Shown piece after piece: positions 39,117-47,378 of a DNA stretch of 64,000 nucleotides. Source of the DNA: Deltaproteobacteria bacterium. GTDB taxonomy: Bacteria; Desulfobacterota; GWC2-55-46; DRQE01. The notes below the pieces were generated by a model. It worked only from the letters and a program-made list of their open reading frames with translations, ran no database searches and had not been told where the DNA came from. The translations under genes and the position numbers were made by a program. Every line of letters starts with the position of its first letter. The stretch's first letter is position 1. The stretch is taken from NCBI GenBank assembly GCA_029858205.1, contig JAOUFM010000007.1, positions 36,423 through 100,422 of the forward strand, written 5' to 3'.

Positions 39117-40808
39117 ATGAGAGTAACGAGGATGTTTTTACCGACACTTAAGGAGTCGCCCTCCGATGCCGAGGTCGTGAGCCACAAGCTCATGGTCAGG
39201 GCCGGCATGATAAGGAAGGTGGCGGCAGGCATATATAACCTGCTGCCTATGGGGCTTCGCGTCATACAGAACGTCGAGAAGATAGTAAGGGAAGAGATGA
39301 ACCGCTCCGGAGCCCAGGAAGTCGAGATGCCTGTGGTGCTCCCGGCAGAGCTTTGGCAGGAGAGCGGCAGGTGGGGCTTCTACGGCAAGGAGCTTCTAAG
39401 GCTAAAGGACCGCCACGATAGGGACTTCTGCCTTGGCCCCACGCACGAGGAGATAATCACCGACATGGTAAGAAATGAAGTCCGCTCTTACCGCGACCTT
39501 CCGTTGAACCTCTATCAGATACAGACCAAGTTCCGTGACGAGATACGCCCGCGCTTTGGCCTTATGCGTGGCAGAGAGTTCATAATGAAGGACGCGTACT
39601 CGTTCCATTCTACCGACGAATGTGCCGAGCGCGAGTATAAGAATATGCACGATACGTATTGCCGCATATTCGAGCGCTGCGGCCTCGAGTTCAGGGCTGT
39701 TGAGGCTGAGACAGGGCCCATAGGCGGTTCCTTTTCGCATGAATTCACGGTGCTGGCTGATACAGGAGAGGACGCCATAGCGAGCTGTAACGCGTGCTCC
39801 TACGCTGCCAATATAGAGAGGGCAGAGGTAAGGGCGCCAAAGGATATGAAGCCCAGGCAGGAGAGCGCCAGGGCAGTTGAAAAAGTAGCAACACCAGGCA
39901 AAAAGACAGTTGAAGAAGTCGCAGTGTTTTTAAAGACTAAACCGAAAAACCTCATAAAGACCCTTATATATTCCCATGACAAGGGAAGTGTTGTTGCCCT
40001 GGTGCGCGGCGATCTTGATATCAACGAAAACAAGCTCAAAAGGCTCCTCAAAGTCGAGACCCTTACGCTTGCTGACGAGGATACGGTAAAGAAGGTAACA
40101 GGGGCGCCCTCGGGGTTTGCCGGGCCTGTTGGATTAAAGGCCGATATCTATGCCGATTATAGCGTGCTTGATATAGAGGACGGCGTTACTGGCGCTAACG
40201 AGGCGGATTGCCATTTAAGGAACGTCACCCCTGAACGCGACTTTAAGGCCAGGTATGTTGACCTTCGCATAGCGGTCGCAGGAGATCCGTGCCCGAGGTG
40301 TTCGGGTTCGTTCGATATAAGGCGCGGTATCGAGGTCGGCCACATATTCAAGCTCGGGACAAAGTACAGTGTGTCAATGGGTGCTAAGTTCCTTGATGAA
40401 AAAGGCGTTGAGAGGCCGATTATCATGGGCTGCTACGGCATAGGGATTGGCAGGACTGCGGCAGCTGCCATAGAGCAGAACCACGACGATGCGGGCATAA
40501 TCTGGCCAAAGCCGCTTTCTCCGTTCGATGTGCACCTTGTGCCAGTGAACGTGAACGACGAGGAAACGAAAAAGGCCTCGGATGCCCTGTATGAAAACCT
40601 TAAAAAAGAAGGCTTCGACGTTCTCTATGACGACCGCGACGAGAGAGCAGGGGTAAAGTTCAAGGACTCGGACTTAATCGGCATACCGCTGCGTATTACG
40701 GTCAGCGCAAAGACGCTTAAGGAAGGCTCCGTCGAGATGAAGGGCAGGAGAGATGCCGCTCCGCGTCTTGTCAAGCTCGATGGTGTACTTGCCGAGGCTT
40801 CGAAATAA
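39117..40808 (+). CDS. proS: Proline-tRNA ligase (bacterial type with INS editing domain)
   Basis: MRVTRMFLPTLKESPSDAEVVSHKLMVRAGMIRK matches the canonical ProRS N-terminus. Class II motifs are present (FRDEIRPRFGLMRGREF, GCYGIGIGR). Confidence 0.97.
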   Translation: MRVTRMFLPTLKESPSDAEVVSHKLMVRAGMIRKVAAGIYNLLPMGLRVIQNVEKIVREEMNRSGAQEVEMPVVLPAELWQESGRWGFYGKELLRLKDRHDRDFCLGPTHEEIITDMVRNEVRSYRDLPLNLYQIQTKFRDEIRPRFGLMRGREFIMKDAYSFHSTDECAEREYKNMHDTYCRIFERCGLEFRAVEAETGPIGGSFSHEFTVLADTGEDAIASCNACSYAANIERAEVRAPKDMKPRQESARAVEKVATPGKKTVEEVAVFLKTKPKNLIKTLIYSHDKGSVVALVRGDLDINENKLKRLLKVETLTLADEDTVKKVTGAPSGFAGPVGLKADIYADYSVLDIEDGVTGANEADCHLRNVTPERDFKARYVDLRIAVAGDPCPRCSGSFDIRRGIEVGHIFKLGTKYSVSMGAKFLDEKGVERPIIMGCYGIGIGRTAAAAIEQNHDDAGIIWPKPLSPFDVHLVPVNVNDEETKKASDALYENLKKEGFDVLYDDRDERAGVKFKDSDLIGIPLRITVSAKTLKEGSVEMKGRRDAAPRLVKLDGVLAEASK

Positions 40809-40827
40809 GCCGTTATCTGCCGGCGTT

Positions 40828-42057
40828 ATGCCGGAATTTTACGTGACAACATCAAGAAGGCACTGCCCGGAGGTGTGCGTGAGGGTTATATCTTTGTCCA
40901 TAGCCGCGGTTTTGGGCGCGCTGTTAGCGCTATGTCTTGCCGCGCCGTTTGCCGTTGCCGCCGGTTCCGCGCAGGGCAATAAGCACATCGAGTTCGTATT
41001 TGCCCTCGAGGATGCGGTAACCGCCGGTAGAGGCGAGTTTTTTGACGAACGCGTCGATGTGGAAGCAATCCTCACGGAGGCGATGAAGGGCTTTAAGCCG
41101 AGCGAGAAGTTTCGAGGCGGCTTTGGCGAAGGATTCAAGCGAGGGCTCGCGAAGTCTCCATGGAGCCAGAGGTTTTTCCCCGGTGGAGGCGGCAGCTACA
41201 GGTTTCTTAGGTTTAGGAACCCGGGCGCTGCGCCAACGGCCCTTTTCAGGCTGATAGATTCAAGCGGAGGCCTAAACTATCACGAGCTCTACCTCGTAGA
41301 GGATTCCTCCGGCAAGATAAGGATAGCGGATATATATGTGGCTGCCATAGGCGAGAGGATAAGCGAGTCCGTGCGCCGCATCGTCACACCCATGATATAC
41401 GAGGATAATAAGAGTTCGTTTGAGAAGCTTGCCGGTAAGGAGAGCGAGTTTATCAAGCACCTTGGCCCCATTACGAAGATGTTCGATGAGACCAAGTTAG
41501 GCAACTTCAAGGCCGCGCTGGATATACACGATGGTCTTCCTGTGGAGTTAAGGGATGAGAAGAACTTCCTCATGCACCGTCTGAGGCTGCTTATCGCGCT
41601 CGAGGACAGCGAGGGGTACGGTTCGACTGTAGAGCGTTTCATGAAACTTTACCCCGAAGACCCTGCGCTGGATGTGCTGCTTCTCGATTACTACTGGACA
41701 AAGGGCATGTACGCCGATGCCGTTAAGTGCGCGGAGCGACTGGACGCGTCGCTTGGCGGGGATCCGTATCTTTCGCTCGTGAAGGGGAAGATATACTACG
41801 ACGCGGGCGACAAGGTTAAGTCCAGGGCCGATGCGAGCAGGGCGCTTCAAAACGACATGTATCTCGAGGACGCGTACTGGTTTCTGATTACTCTGTCGCT
41901 TGAAGAAAAAGACTATAAGGAAACAAAACGCCTGCTGCTCTCTATCGAGAGGAATCTTGGTATAGAGATGAAGGATTTAAAGGACATCGAGGTCTATTCC
42001 GGCTTTGTCAAGAGCAGGGAACATAAGGAATGGTTAAAGGAGAGGGGCGCGAAGTAG
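40828..42057 (+). CDS. Hypothetical secreted protein with TPR-like C-terminal helices
   Basis: Long ORF with a hydrophobic signal-like segment (ISLSIAAVLGALLALCLAAPFAVAAG). The ATG at 40828 is preferred because the start at 40753 overlaps proS by 56 nt. No family recognised. Confidence 0.55.
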   Translation: MPEFYVTTSRRHCPEVCVRVISLSIAAVLGALLALCLAAPFAVAAGSAQGNKHIEFVFALEDAVTAGRGEFFDERVDVEAILTEAMKGFKPSEKFRGGFGEGFKRGLAKSPWSQRFFPGGGGSYRFLRFRNPGAAPTALFRLIDSSGGLNYHELYLVEDSSGKIRIADIYVAAIGERISESVRRIVTPMIYEDNKSSFEKLAGKESEFIKHLGPITKMFDETKLGNFKAALDIHDGLPVELRDEKNFLMHRLRLLIALEDSEGYGSTVERFMKLYPEDPALDVLLLDYYWTKGMYADAVKCAERLDASLGGDPYLSLVKGKIYYDAGDKVKSRADASRALQNDMYLEDAYWFLITLSLEEKDYKETKRLLLSIERNLGIEMKDLKDIEVYSGFVKSREHKEWLKERGAK

Positions 42058-42093
42058 GCAAGACCTCTCCAAAAGTCCGTCTGCTTTGTTGCC

Positions 42094-42148
42094 TTCGTCG
42101 CTCCTCACTGCGGCGTATATACGGAATACGCCTCATTCGTCGCTCCTC
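42094..42148. repeat. 13-bp direct repeat (ttcgtcgctcctc x2) bracketing a 7-bp-stem hairpin (ggcgtat-atacgga-atacgcc)
   Basis: Read directly. Repeat copies lie at 42094-42106 and 42136-42148, with the hairpin at 42112-42132. Confidence 0.7.
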
Positions 42149-42190
42149 GGCGCCTCGCATCCGGAGCTTTTTGATAGGTCTTGGGAGTTG

Positions 42191-42224
42191 TTGTGTATAA
42201 TAAAACGTATTTTATTATACACAA
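42191..42224. promoter_or_regulatory. Perfect 15-bp inverted repeat (ttgtgtataataaaa-cgta-ttttattatacacaa) containing TATAAT on both strands; operator/promoter candidate
   Basis: Arms are exact reverse complements. Located 76 nt upstream of the AlbA_2 gene ATG, at the GC-to-AT composition boundary. Confidence 0.5.
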
Positions 42225-42299
42225 ATCAGGTTGTTGCTATTGTATGATACACAACAGAACGAACGGGAGGGCATTCCCTGTTCCTGTGGAACCAGCGCT

Positions 42300-43505
42300 A
42301 TGATTTCTAAATCCATCGATACTATTTCGAAAGCCGATATCGAATCGCTCATCGAGAATAAGGTGCGCGAATGCCGGACTATCGACTACAAACAGACTTT
42401 GCCCGGTAATTCCGATAGCGACAAAAAGGAATTCTTGGCTGATATCTCTTCTTTTGCAAATGCAGGCGGAGGAGATTTGTTATACGGTGTTTCGGAAACC
42501 GATGGACTTCCCCAGGAGATGTTGGGTTTAGAGGGGAATCTCGACGCCGAACAGAGTCGCCTGGAAAATATTGTCCGAACATGTCTTAAACCTCGAGTGC
42601 AGGGTTTAAGGATGAGGTTAATCGAAGGCGGCTCAAAAGGCCCGATACTTTTGATTCGTGTGCCGAATAGTTGGAATGCGCCTCATATGGTTGATTTCGG
42701 CGGCTCAACGCGGTTTTTTGTTAGAAATAGTGCCGGAAAGCATCAGATGGACGTTTCAGAAATTAGAGCGTCTTTTTTACTTTCCGAAGCGGTGCCGGAG
42801 AAGATAAGGCGTTTTAAAGATGGTAGATTGGGGAAAATTATTGCAAATAAGTCCGCTGTGAGATTGATAGAGGGCGCCAAGCTAGTGCTGCACATTTTGC
42901 CAGTAGATTCTTTTACAACAGGTAGATGTTTTGAAGTGTCTGTTTTGAAAGAAAAGGCGATTTCAGTAATGGCACCTATTGGAAGTAGCGGGTATAGCAA
43001 TATGTACAATTTAGATGGTTTTATTACTTATAACAGTGCTGGTAGTAATTTGGAGTATCGTCAGGGGCGGTCGGCAGCGGAATCGTATGCTTTGCTTTTT
43101 CGCAATGGTTTGGTGGAATCTGTTTGTGCGGATTTAACAAGAGAGAAAGACGGCAAGTGGTTTATTCCAGGCACTGCGTATGAGGAATATATTATTAAAG
43201 GTGTTATAAGATATATTACTGTGTTGAAGGCGTTAGGAATAGCAGGCCCATTAGTGATGTTTGTCACCATTATAGGAGTGCATGGTGTTTGTTTGTCGGT
43301 TGATTATCGTTTGAGTGGTGGCAATCCTATTGACCGTGATTTGTTGGTTTTGCCTGAGATTTTTGTTGAGGATTATGAAGCTCTGTTGGATAAAAATATA
43401 ACAGCAAAAGCCCTACGTCCTATTTTTGATTCCGTTTGGAACGCATGCGGCTTTGACCGTTCCTATAATTATGATGAAAACGGTAATTGGGTGGGGATGA
43501 GGTAG
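42300..43505 (+). CDS. AlbA_2 (Schlafen-type, formerly 'divergent AAA') domain protein with an unassigned ~250-aa C-terminal domain
   Basis: N-terminal roughly 140 aa fit the AlbA_2 pattern (ESLIENKVRECRTIDYKQTL..KKEFLADISSFANAGGGDLLYGVSE). The ATG at 42300 is preferred over the TTG at 42231. Codon usage is AT-rich. Confidence 0.6.
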   Translation: MISKSIDTISKADIESLIENKVRECRTIDYKQTLPGNSDSDKKEFLADISSFANAGGGDLLYGVSETDGLPQEMLGLEGNLDAEQSRLENIVRTCLKPRVQGLRMRLIEGGSKGPILLIRVPNSWNAPHMVDFGGSTRFFVRNSAGKHQMDVSEIRASFLLSEAVPEKIRRFKDGRLGKIIANKSAVRLIEGAKLVLHILPVDSFTTGRCFEVSVLKEKAISVMAPIGSSGYSNMYNLDGFITYNSAGSNLEYRQGRSAAESYALLFRNGLVESVCADLTREKDGKWFIPGTAYEEYIIKGVIRYITVLKALGIAGPLVMFVTIIGVHGVCLSVDYRLSGGNPIDRDLLVLPEIFVEDYEALLDKNITAKALRPIFDSVWNACGFDRSYNYDENGNWVGMR

Positions 43506-43520
43506 CATTCCTATATTCTA

Positions 43521-43548
43521 TTGCCAACCGGAAAACTTGTGCTAAAAT
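43521..43548 (+). promoter_or_regulatory. Sigma-70 promoter candidate TTGCCA-16 nt-(TGc)TAAAAT, placing the transcription start at or next to the ATG at 43555
   Basis: -35 at 43521-43526 and an extended -10 TGcTAAAAT ending at 43548. The ATG A is 7 nt downstream and no Shine-Dalgarno lies between them. Confidence 0.45.
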
Positions 43549-43554
43549 AACATT

Positions 43555-44070
43555 ATGAAAAACTGGTTCAACGGTAAGATCAACATCGTATTCGGTTTCT
43601 TTTATTTTGCCTGCACGGCAGTGCTTGGGCCCCTAGTCCTTGTAAAGGGCAAGGGCGCCAATGCAGGGCTTTTAAAATCCGCTTCCGACGCCGTAGAGAC
43701 CTACGCGCAGACAGGCGGCGACAGGGCCGCTACATCGGCTTTCGAGTCGATAGTGGTTTATCTGCAGGGGGTAAACAAGCTCGGGTTTGTCGGCAGCGCT
43801 GCTCACGCGCACGGCAACCTCGAAGCGCTTCTAAATATCGTTGCAGGGCTTGTTGTGATGAAGCTCGATATAGACGCTAAGTTCAAGACCGTGCTCTGCA
43901 TACTGTTTCTTATCGGCGCGCTCTTTCATTCCGGTGTTCTTTACCTTGCCTCGGTCTTTGGCATGTACTGGGCCTCGAACTTCTCGATGATTGGCGGCTT
44001 CTCTATCGTAATCGGGCTGTTGCTCACGGGGGTAGCGGCAATTGCCGGAATAAAGGCAGAGCAGAAGTAG
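43555..44070 (+). CDS. Hypothetical small integral membrane protein (about 4 TM)
   Basis: 171-aa ORF with four hydrophobic segments and a conserved-looking SAAHAHGNLEALLNI stretch. Followed by a strong terminator. Confidence 0.6.
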   Translation: MKNWFNGKINIVFGFFYFACTAVLGPLVLVKGKGANAGLLKSASDAVETYAQTGGDRAATSAFESIVVYLQGVNKLGFVGSAAHAHGNLEALLNIVAGLVVMKLDIDAKFKTVLCILFLIGALFHSGVLYLASVFGMYWASNFSMIGGFSIVIGLLLTGVAAIAGIKAEQK

Positions 44071-44087
44071 ACTTTAGAATAATTTTC

Positions 44088-44124
44088 GCGCTCTCCTCCG
44101 TGCGGAGGAGGGCGCTATTTTTTT
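44088..44124 (+). terminator. Intrinsic terminator (gcgctctcctcc-gtgc-ggaggagggcgc + T7)
   Basis: 12-bp stem with one mismatch, followed by ttttttt. The T-run overlaps the last Lys codons and stop of the convergent minus-strand gene. Confidence 0.75.
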
Positions 44125-45614
44125 GCGCCGCTTGCCCTAAGCGCTTTATATAACTCTATTATGCGCCGCTTATACTCGTATCCGAGGCAGTTTTTATCGG
44201 CGCCGCAGGCGTTTTTCCTGGCCATCCATGCCTTTTGTCCGGCCTTTACGTCTTTTGATGCGGAAGTTTTTTTGTAGAGTGTGGTTAGTTCCATGTCCAG
44301 GCTCGCAAGTGTTTTATCTGTGCACACGGCCTTTTCCCCGATTGTCGAAGCCTTGCTGCAATCGTAGCCCGGCGCGTAGAAGGTTACCGCCTCCCTTTTC
44401 GCTGCTCCAAGGCCTGCGAGCAGGTATTCCGGCAGTATACATGCGGGCTTGGGCGCTGCCTTTACCGATACTTCTTTAGTGGCAGCCAAGTGCTCGAGTA
44501 CGAGCGCGCACGTCGCATTCTTTAGTTCCGGCAAAGGAAGCGCGGTATCGGAATATATTTTTGTGAACTTCAGGTTCTTTGCCGTGCCTTTATCAGGAGA
44601 TTCCGGCGTAAAAACACCGGTTGCCGAGAATGCCGGGGCAGGGTCTCCGGAGTACACGCCAGATGCAGACATGTATATGGTCATGCTAAGTTCGCACACG
44701 CTTCCCTTGCAGTTGTCTATGGTTATCTCTCTTGTGATGTCGTATGTTCCTTCGTTTGGGATTTCTTTTTCTGCTGCAGCCACGGAGCCTGTGCCTATCC
44801 ATGCAAGCGCGCCAGTCTTGTCGTTTGGCGAAGCGCTTTCGGCTGCCGGTGCTTTGTAGGGCGCTCTGCTTTGGAGTTCATATATCCTGTCTGCGTATGA
44901 GCGCGCTATTTTCTCTTTTGCGTTGTCGTGAGAGTAGAGTAAGTCGCGTTTCTTTAGCCAGTCTTTTTGAGAGGAGGCGTTGTCCTTACCCGAGTCCTTT
45001 GCGTATTTATACGCCTCATTAAGCTCCGAGTCTAGCGATGCAAGCTCCTTGTCCGTGCATATCAGGATGTCCATGTGTTTAGTGAGGTCCTCGCACTTAT
45101 AGCTTGCCTTATGTGTCGCTCTGTCCTTTGTCGCCAGAAAGTGCGCTGCCTTGAAGCTCCCCGAATGCAGGCTTGCCTTTGCAGGCTTTGAGCAAAATGC
45201 CTCGGGCAAGCAGTTTTCGCTGATTATGAGCTCGATGAGGCCTTTTTCCTCGTTTAGCCGGAGGCTTACGCACTCGGCAAGAGGGATGTCTTTGTTGTTA
45301 TTATCTTTGGCAGTTGTCTGCCCGTCCCCGAGCGCGGTAAGCGATGCCTTGGCTCCGGATATGGAGAGCTTTGCGCCGTAGAACTCGCACGAATCCTGCG
45401 TCATCGGCCCCTGGTGGTACACGCCAGCGTCGATTCTGCAGACATTATCCTTACAGCCCTGTATGTCTATTGTTCCGGAGTTTTCCCTGCCGCTATCTGA
45501 CAATTCCCACTTGCCTTCCCAGAGGTTTAGGTCTTTTGAGTACAGCCCCGCATGCGAGGGCAGGGCGGTAAGCAGGGTAATAAGAAAAGTCACGGCAGCG
45601 GCAAGTTTTGTCAT
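44115..45614 (-). CDS. Secreted protein, two DUF1311/LprI-type modules each preceded by a Cys-bearing beta-rich module (paralog A)
   Basis: Signal peptide ending PSHA-G. DUF1311 pattern occurs twice (YKCEDL..ICTDKELASLDSELNEAY..QKDWLKKRD and YDCSKA..VCTDKTLASLDMELTTLY..QKAWMARKNAC..EYKRRIIELY). CKxNxC motifs are GCKDNVC and NCKGSVC. Confidence 0.7.
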   Translation of the reverse strand: MTKLAAAVTFLITLLTALPSHAGLYSKDLNLWEGKWELSDSGRENSGTIDIQGCKDNVCRIDAGVYHQGPMTQDSCEFYGAKLSISGAKASLTALGDGQTTAKDNNNKDIPLAECVSLRLNEEKGLIELIISENCLPEAFCSKPAKASLHSGSFKAAHFLATKDRATHKASYKCEDLTKHMDILICTDKELASLDSELNEAYKYAKDSGKDNASSQKDWLKKRDLLYSHDNAKEKIARSYADRIYELQSRAPYKAPAAESASPNDKTGALAWIGTGSVAAAEKEIPNEGTYDITREITIDNCKGSVCELSMTIYMSASGVYSGDPAPAFSATGVFTPESPDKGTAKNLKFTKIYSDTALPLPELKNATCALVLEHLAATKEVSVKAAPKPACILPEYLLAGLGAAKREAVTFYAPGYDCSKASTIGEKAVCTDKTLASLDMELTTLYKKTSASKDVKAGQKAWMARKNACGADKNCLGYEYKRRIIELYKALRASGAKK

Positions 45615-45632
45615 CGATGTCTCTCCGGGGCG

Positions 45633-47216
45633 TTATTTTTTTGCGTTCTTTGTCCGTATGATTTTATACAAATCTATGATGCGGCGCTTGTACTCATACT
45701 CTATGCAGCTTTCTTTGTCCTTGCACGAGTTTTTCTTTTTTATCCATTCTTTCTGCGAGGCTTTTATCTGCGGCGATATGGCGGATGCGTCCTTGTAGAG
45801 CTTTGCAAGCTCAAGGTCGAGGTTCGCCAGCGTTTCCACGGCGCAAACGGTCTTTTCGGCAAGATTGCCTGCTTTGTAGCAGTCGTAGCTGGTGTTGAAT
45901 AACAGGAAGTCCTCACGGGCTTTGGATTTTAATTGGGTGAAAAAGTATTCCGGTATTTTGCATCCCGAAGGCTGTGTTTGCCGTATTACGAGTTTATCGA
46001 CGGTCGGAAAATTTATCAACTCGAAAGAGCATGTTGTTTCCGTTATCGACCGGAAGTGATTCCAGGGCGCGTCGGGCTCATTCGGCGCGTCGGGCTCATC
46101 AGGGGTGCCTAAGGTGTTGCTTGTGGCGATGTTTTTATTCTTGAAAATTATATTTGTTGCCACGGCTGTTTTTGTGGTTTCGGCCTTTATTGTGCCGAAA
46201 CCCTCGAACAGGAGTTCGTAGCTGCTCGGCAGGCCTTCCATCTCGATCTGTATATGGAAGTCGCAGGTGTTGTTTTTGCAGTTGTCGATGCCGAAGCTGC
46301 GGTGGAACCCGACCTCGCCTGGTTTTAGGTCGATATTTCCGGCATAGGGCGTGTAGTCTTTCCACTCGGCCTTGTAGACGTTGCCGTAAGCATTGTCGGT
46401 GTAAATCCACCATAGCGTGTTGAGTCCGCCGGATTTGGCTATAACCGCTTCCTGCGGCTTTTGCGAGTGGGTCAAATAAGTGGAGACGGCAGCAAGCCTG
46501 TATATCTTGTCTATGTAGTCTTTATCGTAACCTTTGCCGCTGCTGTAGTTTTGAAGCCATGTGTCCATCTCAGCCATGTCTTTTTTTCCGGTAGTGGCTT
46601 TTCTGTAGTCGTAAGTTTCCTTTAATAATAAGTCGAGGTACGCCAGTTCCTCGTCCTGGCAAACCATTATCTTGAACCAGTCCGAGAGGTTTTCGCACTT
46701 ATAGCTTGTTTTGTAGGTTTTGTTTTCCTCGCTCTTCTTTTTTAAGAACCTCGATGTGTAGTTTTGCGAAGCTATAGATGTCCTGGCCCCGCAAAAAAAC
46801 TTCAGGCAGTAAGCGTCGGACAGCACTTTTAAAACCGCATTCTCTTCGTCGAGTTCGAATTGGAGGCATTCGCTGACGTGTGTTTTTATGTTGTCTGTGA
46901 AATATCCCTCGATATATTCCTCGTCTTTGTCAAAGGCTATAAGCTTGCCTTTATTTCCATTGATTTGAATGCGTCCGTCGTGTATTTCGCATGAGCTGGG
47001 CGCAGTAGTTCCGGATGCGGAGTTTAGTTCGAAGTCGCAGATATTATTTTTGCAATTGTTTATAGCTATCTCGCCGTAGTATACGTAGTCCCAACTGCTT
47101 TCGTCGAAGCTCCAGGAGTCTTCCCATTTGTTGAAGTCCTTTGCGTACAGCCCCGCGTGCGAGGGCGCGGCAGCGAATAGTGTAATAAGAAAAGTCAGAA
47201 TAGATAGGTATCTCAC
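45633..47216 (-). CDS. Secreted protein, same architecture as the downstream neighbour (paralog B), AT-richer
   Basis: Near-identical signal peptide (FLITLFAAAPSHAGLYAKD). DUF1311 pattern occurs twice (YKCENL..VCQDEELAYLDLLLKETY and YDCYKA..VCAVETLANLDLELAKLY..QKEWIKKKNSC..EYKRRIIDLY). CKNNxC motifs occur twice. Confidence 0.7.
   Translation of the reverse strand: MRYLSILTFLITLFAAAPSHAGLYAKDFNKWEDSWSFDESSWDYVYYGEIAINNCKNNICDFELNSASGTTAPSSCEIHDGRIQINGNKGKLIAFDKDEEYIEGYFTDNIKTHVSECLQFELDEENAVLKVLSDAYCLKFFCGARTSIASQNYTSRFLKKKSEENKTYKTSYKCENLSDWFKIMVCQDEELAYLDLLLKETYDYRKATTGKKDMAEMDTWLQNYSSGKGYDKDYIDKIYRLAAVSTYLTHSQKPQEAVIAKSGGLNTLWWIYTDNAYGNVYKAEWKDYTPYAGNIDLKPGEVGFHRSFGIDNCKNNTCDFHIQIEMEGLPSSYELLFEGFGTIKAETTKTAVATNIIFKNKNIATSNTLGTPDEPDAPNEPDAPWNHFRSITETTCSFELINFPTVDKLVIRQTQPSGCKIPEYFFTQLKSKAREDFLLFNTSYDCYKAGNLAEKTVCAVETLANLDLELAKLYKDASAISPQIKASQKEWIKKKNSCKDKESCIEYEYKRRIIDLYKIIRTKNAKK
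46066..46101. repeat. Tandem 18-bp in-frame duplication inside paralog B (encodes PDEPDAPNEPDAP)
   Basis: ggcgcgtcgggctcat occurs at 46066-46081 and again at 46084-46099. Confidence 0.85.
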
Positions 47217-47378
47217 GAAGAGGCCTCCTTGGATTAGAGACGCAGTAATTATAATCTTTTGTTTGCCTCTGGGTCAAGGATGGAGAGCAGGCCGTGCTGC
47301 CCGGTTTTCCATTTGATAATCAAGCGGTTATGTGTTAAAAAGTCTAATTGATTACATTGAAGGAGTTTTGCGCTAACG

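Noticed and set aside
40753-40827. Earlier start (40753) for the hypothetical protein after proS
   Set aside because: It would overlap proS by 56 nt and adds residues ahead of the signal-like segment. The ATG at 40828 is more plausible.
42058-47378. Classical genomic island or prophage interpretation of the accessory patch
   Set aside because: No integrase, transposase, tRNA target or long flanking direct repeats are visible. Composition is mixed, with the 4-TM gene and paralog A host-like. I treat it as a variable patch rather than a defined mobile element.
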